This document shows positions 18,093-27,800 of a stretch of DNA of 28,440 nt, piece by piece. The DNA is taken from positions 1 to 28,440 of the forward strand of contig JBGCFM010000232.1 in assembly GCA_045106895.1 (NCBI GenBank), read 5' to 3'. The DNA is from Polyangiales bacterium. Its GTDB lineage: Bacteria; Myxococcota_A; Polyangia; Polyangiales; Houyiibacteriaceae. A model generated the notes under the pieces. It was not told where the DNA came from. It made no database searches and saw only the letters and a program-made list of their open reading frames with translations. Position numbers and translations under genes: made by a program. Every line of letters begins with the position of its first letter. Positions within the stretch are counted from its first letter, which is position 1.

Positions 18093-18605
18093 GTGGCCAA
18101 AGCACCCAAATTCCCAGTGACGCCAGCTATCCGCGCGCTCCGTGCGAAGAGCGCAACGTATGAGCCACAGCTCTACGACTATGTTGAGCGAGGCGGCACG
18201 CGTGCGTCCTCGGCGGCCCTCGGCGCCGAAGAGCACAGCGTGATCAAGACGCTCATCTTGATTCGCTCGGATCGAAGCCCCCTCTGTGTGCTGATGCACG
18301 GAGACCGAGAGGTCGCCACGGGCGTGCTGGCGAAGGTCATCGGCGCCAAGAAGATCAGCGCCGCCGATCCCAAGACGGCCGAGAAACACTCCGGCTACCG
18401 CGTTGGCGGGACGTCTCCTTTTGGGTTGCGCACCAAGATGCCTATCTACGTGGAAGAGACCATTCTCGCGTTGCCCAAGCTGTACATCAACGGTGGCAAG
18501 CGCGGCTTCCTCGTCGCGATGAGCGGAGAAGAGCTCCGGCGAGTGGCGGATCTTGTGCCGGTGCAGGTCGCTCAGCCTCTCGCGGGAGAGTCGAAGGACA
18601 AATGA
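18093..18605 (+). CDS. ybaK: Cys-tRNA(Pro) deacylase, YbaK/EbsC family
   Basis: TPAIRAL, VIKTL (conserved Lys), SGYRVGGTSPFG and YINGGKRG motifs; GTG start; 170 aa. Confidence 0.9.
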   Translation: MAKAPKFPVTPAIRALRAKSATYEPQLYDYVERGGTRASSAALGAEEHSVIKTLILIRSDRSPLCVLMHGDREVATGVLAKVIGAKKISAADPKTAEKHSGYRVGGTSPFGLRTKMPIYVEETILALPKLYINGGKRGFLVAMSGEELRRVADLVPVQVAQPLAGESKDK

Positions 18606-19462
18606 CAGAACGAAAGCGCATCGCGTTTCTCACGCTCACGGACCGAACGGGCTACTGTATTTACGACGCCCTCGCGATCCCGCACTTCGCCGCCCTCGGC
18701 TACGACGTCGAAGAGGTCCCTTGGGATTCCAGCGCGGACTGGAAGAGCTACGACGCCGCGATCATTCGCTCGACGTGGGACTACACGGAGCGGAGCGAGG
18801 AGTTCTACGCCACCCTCGCGCACATCGAGTCGTCGACGAAGCTCTTTCATAACCTCGCCCTCGTTCGGTGGAACGCTCACAAGTCATACTTGCGCGAGAT
18901 GCGAGAGGCCGGCGCGCCGCTCCTGCCGACACACTTCGGCCGTGCTCTTCGCGACGAAGACCTCAACGATGCCTTCGACGCCTTCGCTTGTGACGAACTC
19001 GTCGTCAAACCCGCCATCAGCGCGAACGCCCGCGGCACCTTTCGTCATCGCCGGGGAGACCCCTCGGCGGCACTTCTCGAAACTCACACCGGGGACTATC
19101 TCATTCAGCCCTTCGCGCCGGAGGTGGTCGCGGAAGGCGAACTCTCCCTCTTCTACTTCGGCGGGGAGCTGTCCCACGCCGTCATGAAGACGCCCAAGGC
19201 CGGCGACTTTCGTGTGCAGGAAGAGCACGGAGGTTTGCTCAAGAGCGTGACGCCGGGCGACAAAGCCCTCAAAGCCGCGGAGCTCTGCCTCGCAGCCGTA
19301 CCTTTCGAGCTCCTCTACGCGCGCGTGGACCTTGTCCGCTTCGCAAGTGCCTGGATGCTCATGGAGCTCGAACTCATCGAGCCGAGTCTCTACTTCCCCT
19401 TCGACGACGAGTCCCCGGCGCGATTTGCCGCCGCGGTTCACGCGCGCCTCTCCGGCAGTTAG
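18602..19462 (+). CDS. ATP-grasp ligase (RimK/glutathione-synthetase-like, DcsG-like subfamily)
   Basis: RSTWDY, WNAHKSYL, VVKPAISA, KAGDFRVQEEHGG, YARVD and MELELIEPSLYF motifs; ATGA overlap with ybaK. Confidence 0.88.
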   Translation: MTERKRIAFLTLTDRTGYCIYDALAIPHFAALGYDVEEVPWDSSADWKSYDAAIIRSTWDYTERSEEFYATLAHIESSTKLFHNLALVRWNAHKSYLREMREAGAPLLPTHFGRALRDEDLNDAFDAFACDELVVKPAISANARGTFRHRRGDPSAALLETHTGDYLIQPFAPEVVAEGELSLFYFGGELSHAVMKTPKAGDFRVQEEHGGLLKSVTPGDKALKAAELCLAAVPFELLYARVDLVRFASAWMLMELELIEPSLYFPFDDESPARFAAAVHARLSGS

Positions 19463-19478
19463 GCGGCACCCCGAGGTA

Positions 19479-20024
19479 CTAGCGGCGTCGGTAGCGGACG
19501 CGATAGACCACATCTGCGGGCAGCCGCGGGCTTCCGATGCGGATCGTGAGCGTCAGCGTGTTCCCGTCTTCGCTGAGCTGAAGCACGTGGGTCAGCGTGC
19601 CGCCGTCGGCGCGCATCACCTGGCGAAGCCGCCCATTGCGATACCCTTGGCTCGAGTTGATGTCCTCACCGAAGGGGTCCGTCATCGCGTGGCGCGAGCC
19701 ATCGGCGGGAAAGTTGAGGTCGTAGTCGCCGACCTTCGCGCGAAAGCTCGGTCCGGTTCCGGAGATGATAATCTGCCGAGGGACCGGCATGCCCGCGCGC
19801 AGACGTCGGCCTGCGATGCCGCGGGCGAAGATGCTCATTTCATCCGTGACGCGCTCAACGGCGGCGTCGCGTCGCGATTCGATGGAGCGAATGCTGGCGG
19901 CGGGGACCCAGTGGCCCTGAAGTGTGGGCGCCGGCGTCGCCGCAGCTGCTTCAGTCTGCGCCTCCCCAGAAGACATCGGAGCGAGGAGTGCGAAGGCGAG
20001 GAGGGCTGAAAGGAGGTGCTTCAT
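19479..20024 (-). CDS. Secreted hypothetical protein, beta-strand-rich (possibly lipocalin-like)
   Basis: Signal MKHLLSALLAFALLAP...; LQGHW near the N-terminus; C-terminal LSEDGNTLTLTI...VRYRR strands. Confidence 0.7.
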   Translation of the reverse strand: MKHLLSALLAFALLAPMSSGEAQTEAAAATPAPTLQGHWVPAASIRSIESRRDAAVERVTDEMSIFARGIAGRRLRAGMPVPRQIIISGTGPSFRAKVGDYDLNFPADGSRHAMTDPFGEDINSSQGYRNGRLRQVMRADGGTLTHVLQLSEDGNTLTLTIRIGSPRLPADVVYRVRYRRR

Positions 20025-20137
20025 CGTGCAGAGACGCTCTAGAGTCATCATCGGCCTTGTCCAGGCTATCTATAGGCGGCGCTTCCTAGACGCGCCGGCA
20101 CCGGCAATATTCGCTCACTTTCGTCCCAAGCACCAAC

Positions 20138-21589
<1,452 letters not shown>

Positions 21590-21623
21590 AGGTGGTGCAG
21601 AATAGACCAGAAAGGTGCGACTC

Positions 21624-21664
21624 GCATCACGTAGGTGATGCATAACGCATCATTCATATGACGA
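21624..21664. promoter_or_regulatory. Tandem palindromes: candidate upstream activator sequences for the RtcR-like protein
   Basis: Perfect GCATCAC-N4-GTGATGC (21624-21641) and imperfect GCATCAT-N4-ATGACGA (21647-21664), with starts 23 bp apart. Confidence 0.7.
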
Positions 21665-21682
21665 AACATACTTGTTTCGCGA

Positions 21683-21698
21683 TGGCACGCTCTTCGCT
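21683..21698 (+). promoter_or_regulatory. Sigma54 -24/-12 promoter of the rtcB2-prfH operon
   Basis: TGGCACGCTCTTCGCT: TGGCACG, GG at 21684-85, N10, GC at 21696-97; adjacent to a sigma54 activator gene. Confidence 0.8.
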
Positions 21699-21710
21699 CT
21701 AGTGCTGGTC

Positions 21711-22877
21711 GTGGACAAAACACATCATCTTCTTGCCGGCGACTCGATCCCCATCGAGGTGAACGCCGTCGATCAACTTCGCGCCGTGGCAGAGCGCAGC
21801 GACTGCCTCTGTGCCGTGGGCCAAGCGGACCTCCATGCGGGGCCAGGCTTTCCCATTGGCGCGTGCTTCGCGATGGCCAAGGTTTGGCCGCGTTTGGTCG
21901 GTGGCGACACCGGCTGCGGCGTTCGGCTGAGCGTGTGCAAGCCGAAGCATTCCGGCGACGCGCTCCTGCGCCGCGTGGACGAGGCCTTCCAGGAGGCGCC
22001 GGCCCATGACGACGAGACACTGCGCGCCGCTTGGTACGGAGGCATCCATGGTCTCGCCGAGCTGAGCTCACTCCCGGATCGATTGCGCGCCATGGCCGCA
22101 GCGACGCCAGAGAGCACGCTGCCTCCAAGTGGGGAGCCTCCGGAGCTAAGCGACCTCGACTCCATTGGCGCCGGCAACCACTTCGCGGAGCTCAGCCGCG
22201 TCGGCGAGGTCGTCGACAAGGCGGAAGCCAAGGCTCTTGGTCTCAGCCGCAAGCACATGGCGGTCCTTGTTCACTCGGGGTCCCGCGGCGTCGGCACACG
22301 CGTCGCAGCCCGCTGGCAGTGCGACCCCCTCGATGACCCGAGCGAGTACTTCGGGCAGCTCGCCGGCTGTGTTCGCTTCGCCGAAGCCAACCGTTTTCTT
22401 CTGAGCTGGCGCCTCCTCGTCGCCCTTGGCGCGACGCGGCCTGCGCTCTCCTCCTTCGACTTGGTTCACAACACCGTGCTTCCCCACGACTACGAAGGCC
22501 ACCCCTCGTTCCTGCACCGCAAAGGCTGCGCGCCGGCGGGCGCGGACGAGAACACCGTGGTCCTCGGCACGCGGGGAACGCCGAGCTGGGTCATGAAAGG
22601 TCTCGGCAACGAAGCGCTCCTCGCTTCCGTGGCCCATGGCGCGGGCCGAAGGCTCACTCGCTCCGACGCTCGCTCGCGTTTTCGGGACAAGCACAAACGA
22701 AGCGACCTTCGTCGCACGGCCCTCGGCGGACATGTGCTCTGCGACCGAAACGAAGTCCTCTACGAAGAACATCCCGATGCCTACAAGGACATCGGACCCG
22801 TCGTGGATGCCATCGAGGCTCACGGCCTCGCGCGACGCATCGCCTCTCTTCACCCACTCATCACCGTGAAGCGCTGA
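21711..22877 (+). CDS. rtcB2: RtcB-family RNA ligase, PrfH-coupled (RtcB2) type
   Basis: ADLHAGPGFPIG, GGDTGCG, GAGNHFAE, VHSGSRG, HN, HRKG, HGAGR (guanylylated His), EEHPDAYKD and PLITVK; directly upstream of prfH. The TTG at 21672 lies upstream of the promoter, so GTG 21711 is preferred. Confidence 0.92.
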   Translation: MDKTHHLLAGDSIPIEVNAVDQLRAVAERSDCLCAVGQADLHAGPGFPIGACFAMAKVWPRLVGGDTGCGVRLSVCKPKHSGDALLRRVDEAFQEAPAHDDETLRAAWYGGIHGLAELSSLPDRLRAMAAATPESTLPPSGEPPELSDLDSIGAGNHFAELSRVGEVVDKAEAKALGLSRKHMAVLVHSGSRGVGTRVAARWQCDPLDDPSEYFGQLAGCVRFAEANRFLLSWRLLVALGATRPALSSFDLVHNTVLPHDYEGHPSFLHRKGCAPAGADENTVVLGTRGTPSWVMKGLGNEALLASVAHGAGRRLTRSDARSRFRDKHKRSDLRRTALGGHVLCDRNEVLYEEHPDAYKDIGPVVDAIEAHGLARRIASLHPLITVKR

Positions 22878-22894
22878 TGCACCGCTGATTTCGC

Positions 22895-23527
22895 ATGAAG
22901 ACGCATATTCAAATCACCGCGGGGCTCGCACCCGAAGAAGCTCGTCGCTTCGTCGACAAGCTGGCGAAGGACATCCAGCGGACAGCGCAGCGCGGCGGAG
23001 CGCGCGTTCGGCGATGCACCACGAAGCGCAGCATGGCGCATCTGGAGGCGACGCAGGCGCCCGCCGAGGTGCGGCGCTGGCTCCACGAACTCCAAGGCAC
23101 GCACGTCCTGCACGATGGGTCTCGGGGACGTGGCGCGCGCAAGCGTTGGTTCGTCGGCGTCCTCGTCTGGAGCGAGGCCAAGGGCCTGGTCCTGCGCGAC
23201 GAAGACGTCCGCTTTGAGTGCTGTCGCGCTGGCGGTCCCGGAGGGCAGCACGTCAACCGCACGTCTTCGGCTGTCCGGGCCACCCACGTGCCGACGGGCA
23301 TGAGCGTTCGCATTCAGGGCACGCGCTCCCAACATCAGAACAAACGAGAGGCGCTCCGCGTGCTGACGACGAAGTTCCGACAAGCCGTCGACGAAGGGCG
23401 CGCCGAGGTGCGCTCCGACATGCGTCGAACGGGCTTCGCTTTTGAGCGCGGAAACGCCGTTCGCGCGTACGTGCTTGAGCGTGGACGACTCCGGGTAGTC
23501 GAAGAAAGGACCCGCGATGCGAAGTGA
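22895..23527 (+). CDS. prfH: Peptide chain release factor H-like protein
   Basis: IQITAGLAPEE N-terminus, RKRWFVGV, GPGGQHVNRTSSAVRATH (GGQ), RSQHQNK, ERGNAVR; ~210 aa, lacks RF domain 1; follows rtcB2. Confidence 0.9.
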   Translation: MKTHIQITAGLAPEEARRFVDKLAKDIQRTAQRGGARVRRCTTKRSMAHLEATQAPAEVRRWLHELQGTHVLHDGSRGRGARKRWFVGVLVWSEAKGLVLRDEDVRFECCRAGGPGGQHVNRTSSAVRATHVPTGMSVRIQGTRSQHQNKREALRVLTTKFRQAVDEGRAEVRSDMRRTGFAFERGNAVRAYVLERGRLRVVEERTRDAK

Positions 23528-24014
23528 TATGACCAGGCTCCTCGTCCACCGCGGCAAGTGCGGAAAGAGATGGGCAACACGCCCTGCGCGACGAAAAAAT
23601 CGCCGCGACTACGACAATATGCCGAAGCGTTCAGGGATGAAGCACGGCTACGTGGCGAAGAACTTCGACGAGTACCTCGCGCCGCTCAAACGCTTCCTCC
23701 AGCGCCGCGTGGGCAGCCGCTGGGATGACGTCTACTCGGAGATTCGGCGTAACCTGCGCGTGCAGACGGCGGTTCACCTTCACGTTCTGCAACACCTTGA
23801 GAACATGGTGGTTCTTCGCGCGTGGATGGACGACGGGCTCCTCTACGGCACCGACACTTATGGTCGTCACGTTCGAGTTCGTTGGTCGCGCTGGTGCGCG
23901 TACTACGTGGACGGGGAGGGTGTCCTTCAAGAGATCCCTCCGGGCCGTCGTGCACCCCGAAAGCGCGAACAACGAGGACAAGAAGAGCTAGAACGCGAAG
24001 GTGGCTTGCGTTGA
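23517..24014 (+). CDS. Uncharacterised basic protein, third gene of the rtcB2-prfH operon
   Basis: AAAGGA RBS at 23505-23510; 11-bp overlap with the prfH end; Arg/Lys-rich; ordered core LAPLKRFLQRRVGSRWDDVYSEI and YYVDGEGVL. Confidence 0.8.
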   Translation: MRSDMTRLLVHRGKCGKRWATRPARRKNRRDYDNMPKRSGMKHGYVAKNFDEYLAPLKRFLQRRVGSRWDDVYSEIRRNLRVQTAVHLHVLQHLENMVVLRAWMDDGLLYGTDTYGRHVRVRWSRWCAYYVDGEGVLQEIPPGRRAPRKREQRGQEELEREGGLR

Positions 24015-24740
24015 ACAGCCATCGCTCGTGCAGCTGAGCGCCACCGGCGACTGCTCCGGCGCGTCCTCGCGGCGAAGGAAGTACCAAACGAGACCGCCTA
24101 CGGCGATGCCGACGCCGGTGAACAAGAGCAGGTCTGAGGTGAGCGCGAGTCGGTCCATCTTGTCGAGGTCAGCGCGGTCCGCTTCCGTGCACTGGCCGTC
24201 GGTGCAACGTGCGTCGAGGTCGCTTCGGACAGAGAGCGCGATGAGCCCGGGGCCAATGCTCGCCAGAGCGACGGCTGCGCCACCCGCCATCACGAGGATC
24301 GGCGGGAGCTGCGAGGGCGGAGGCGGCGCAAGGGACGCCGGCAGAGGCTCGAGGGCGGCGAGGGCTTCGGGCTCGCGCGAGCCTTGGTTGGGCGACTCGA
24401 GGCGTCTCGTCAGGCGAAGAATACGAGCGCGCGCGTACTCGATGTGTTGGGCGTCGGGGCGAGCAACGTACTCTTCGTACTTGGTGATGGCGTCGGCGAA
24501 GCGGAAGAGGCGGTCGAGGGCCGTCGCCACGTTGAAGAGAATCGGCGTCAGGTCCGAGATGTCGTAGGCCTCTTGAAAATTCAGTCGGGCTTCTTCGTTT
24601 CGGCCTTGTTCGTACGCTGCAGCTCCACGGTTGTACGCGTTCCGGGCTTCGACGACTTCCGCTGGTTGCTCATCCTGGGCGCTGGCGGTGACGCTGCACG
24701 CGAGCAGCGTGAACACGAGGGCGGGAATCGACCATTTCAT
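23988..24740 (-). CDS. Secreted TPR protein with C-terminal hydrophobic segments (myxobacterial type)
   Basis: Signal MKWSIPALVFTLLACSVTASA; TPR AYNRGAAAYEQGRNEEARLNFQEAY..ILFNVA; two hydrophobic helices around a CxxxxC; terminal Phe. Confidence 0.82.
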   Translation of the reverse strand: MKWSIPALVFTLLACSVTASAQDEQPAEVVEARNAYNRGAAAYEQGRNEEARLNFQEAYDISDLTPILFNVATALDRLFRFADAITKYEEYVARPDAQHIEYARARILRLTRRLESPNQGSREPEALAALEPLPASLAPPPPSQLPPILVMAGGAAVALASIGPGLIALSVRSDLDARCTDGQCTEADRADLDKMDRLALTSDLLLFTGVGIAVGGLVWYFLRREDAPEQSPVALSCTSDGCSTQATFAF

Positions 24741-24783
24741 CGACGACATGGGCGAACCTTACGCTGTCTTTGAGAGGTCGTCA

Positions 24784-24848
24784 GCCCCACGTTTCCGGCG
24801 CGAGGGCTTCAACCTCGGGCGTGAGTCGCGAAACGCACGTTTTGGGGC
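24784..24848. other. Long nested imperfect hairpin just downstream of the WGR-DUF4132 stop codon
   Basis: GCCCCA/TGGGGC, CGTTTC/GAAACG and CGAGG/CCTCG nested pairs; no clear U-tract. Confidence 0.4.
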
Positions 24849-24855
24849 GCGCGGG

Positions 24856-27800
24856 CTACTCCACAACCGGGTCCAGCGAGCGAATCGCTTCGCTGAGCTG
24901 CGTCGCGGAGGCGTTCGTCAGAGGGAGCGAGCCATTGCCCCAGGCGCTCTTTTCGAGTTGGATCGTCCCCAGCGTCTGCTCCGGGAATTCCATGGGCATA
25001 CCCACGATCATTCCGGGATCCAGCGGCAAGATGAAGTAGCCCGCGCTCGTCTCTCGCTGCATCCAGCAGATGCAGCCGCCGTCTTGTGGGTCACCCCGCT
25101 GCCATCCGAGCTTCGTGAGCTTCATGACATCGGAGGTTGGCACGACGCGGCCATCGACGCGGTCGATGCTCTTCGATTTGATCTCCGCAGGTGTCAGCGC
25201 GTAGGTGGTCCGCGCAATCTGGTCGAAGGGCTGCAGGACCTCATAGTCCGAGAGAAAGTCGCCCCACTTTCCGGCCACGATTTCGGAGAGCTGAAGGAGG
25301 TGAACCAACCCAACGCGCCCTTCGGGGAGCGTGATGGTCTCGTCGTCGGCGTCGGCGAAGGTGTTGTCCTCGGCCACGCGGAACGTCGCCTTCACTTCGT
25401 CGCCGTCGATGACTCCCCAAACCAAACGCCGCACCACATGGATGAGCAGCGGGTGGTCGACGAGAAAGCTCTGGAAGTCGTCTTGAGTCCACGTCCGCCC
25501 CTCGCACATCACATTCTCCAGGCGCGCGATCTGCATCTGTGCGACGGCTTTGACGTCCTTCTTTAGTCGCTTGAAACGTGTCGTCGCGTCCGCCGCTTTG
25601 TCCGCGTCGTCCTTCGCACCGACCTTCGGGAGGCTCTTGCGAATCTTGCCGGACTCATCGCGGATGACGGGCTTCAGCTGCTCGTCGAAGGCGACCTCGA
25701 AGCGCCGCGGTCCAAAGTCGAGGGTCATGGAGCCCGTCCGGTCCAAGTCGAAGTCCGGGACCAGGCGATCGGCGAGCTCAAGCTTGCTCATGCCGCGGGC
25801 GTCGGCGATCTCCTGGACCTTCTCGGCGGCCTTCTTCTTGAGGCCCTTGAACTTGAGCTTCTGACTCATGGCGTAGAGGTTCATGAGCGCGACGTCGCTG
25901 CCGATCTCCGCGAGGATCTCGAGGCCTTGTGTCGCGCGCGCGTGCCCACCCTCGCCAGGCCACTTTCGCAGAATCGGCGTCAGCTTTCGCGCGCACTCAT
26001 CGTCGCCTAGGAGGCCGAGCTGGTGAAACGCCCAGCCTTGTTTACTGTCCATGCCGCCGAGGCGCCACGCCTCGAAGAGGCTCCATGAAGTGCGGGCCAG
26101 CGACTCGCCCGTGAGAGAATCCACCGCGATCTCGACGCCCGCGTAGGGGTCGCCGGGCTTGCTGATAGCGAGCATCGTGAGCAACACGTTGAGCGCCTCT
26201 TTGGGCAGACTTCCGCCGGTCTTGAGCTCCGGCGCCGTGACGCCAGCGCACCACGTGGGCAGCACTGGGAGCTTCTTTGGGAGGTCGTCGAGGGCGTCGA
26301 GTTTGGACAGCTCCTCGGCGCGCGCGAGGGCTTCGTCGCCATAGCGCCCGGCGACTTCGAGGAGCAGGTCGCCATGGCCTGCGCCAACGAGGAGCGTGAT
26401 GGCGCGGCGTGCGCTCTCGGCGGCCTTCTTTCCTTTGCCCATGACGGCGGGAATGAGACCGACGAGGGCAACCTCCGGGTGATGGAGCAGCCAGGCGCGA
26501 GCTTCTTTGCGCGCGGACTTGAGGCGCGTGTACGCGTCGGCGACGGGCCCGGCGAAGGCGACGTCGCCGAAAGGGAGAGCGCACCGAACGGCTAGCGCCT
26601 GCTCCATCGGCATGAGTGATCGTACGATTCGGTGTGTGTCTTGCCCGAGGCGAGCGATGACGCGCTGTTCCCACCCGTCGGGCCAATAGTTTTCAGGTTT
26701 CCATTCTTGGAGGAGCCGACGCGCCTTTTCCTCAGACGACGTCGCCATGGCGTACATCGATTGCCAGTCATCCTCGTGACCCTGATTCTTGAGCCATCGT
26801 TCGCGCACGCCTTCTGGCCACTGGAACACGCGAGGGTGTTCCAGCACCGCAAGCTCGATAGCCTTGTTCTTCACGCTCTTCGCGCGCTTTTGTGTCCAGC
26901 GTGGTTCCGTGAAGATCTTTGGCAGCGAAGACACATCCGCCGGCGGCGCCGTCGTGTTGTCCTCCATGAGCTTGTTGATTTTGGTTTGCGTTCCCTCGTC
27001 CCACGTTGCCTTCGCGACCTCTAGTGCGGCTGGGTACAGTCCTAATACCTGTGAGACGAGGGACAGCGCGATACCCGCCGCTTTTCCTCGTCCCGTCGCC
27101 ACAGGCCCAAGAAGAGTGAGCACGCGAACGGGGTATGCCTTCGCTGCGCGGCTCAGTGCCTGAGAGAAGCTCGGGCGGTCCATATGAGCGATGAGCCATA
27201 GGATAGGTTCGTCGCTGGGAGTGGCAATGAGAAGCTTTGCGAGCTCTTGCTCGGCCTCCTTGTCGACCCACGATCGTGCCTCGAAGTCGGTGGCGCATTG
27301 CATCACCATGGACGTCATCTTCGCGCCGAGTCGGCTGATGGGGGCGAGCATGTCGTCGGGAGTGCACCGGGTAAACTGCGTGATGAGCTGAACCTCTTCG
27401 GCTTGGCTGACATCCCATAGAAGCACGCGCCCAGCGGATTCCACCGCTTCCTGGAGTCGGGCTTGCTCTCCTCGTTCTTGGTCGTTCTGCGGCGTGGGAA
27501 GGCCGGCGGCGACGGTCTTCATCTGCGATATGACCTCAGCGAGAAAGCCCGGCTCGCTGGGAAAGACCACCGCGCGAGCCGCGCGCTGGCCAAAGAACCT
27601 TGGCTCGAAGCGTTTGGCCGACTCGAGCATCGCTTCGTAGTCTTCATCTGTTGCGCCGCATGCGATGGATCGAAGTCGAATCACCTGCGGTGCGATGAAC
27701 CTGTCGAAGCCTCGATCTCCACGCTCCAGCTTGGAGACTGAACGTATTCCTTTCCAAGACATCGCCGCGAGTACCGTCTCCAGCGCATACACCGCGCCCT

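Noticed and set aside
17165..18109. 314-aa minus-strand ORF with LRLNA repeats
   Set aside because: Antisense reading of the ASVQAE-repeat gene, which has a signal peptide and operon context.
21672..21710. TTG start for rtcB2 given by the ORF track
   Set aside because: The extension overlaps the sigma54 promoter itself.
24631..25566. 311-aa plus-strand ORF
   Set aside because: Antisense shadow of the DUF4132 and TPR genes; no motifs.
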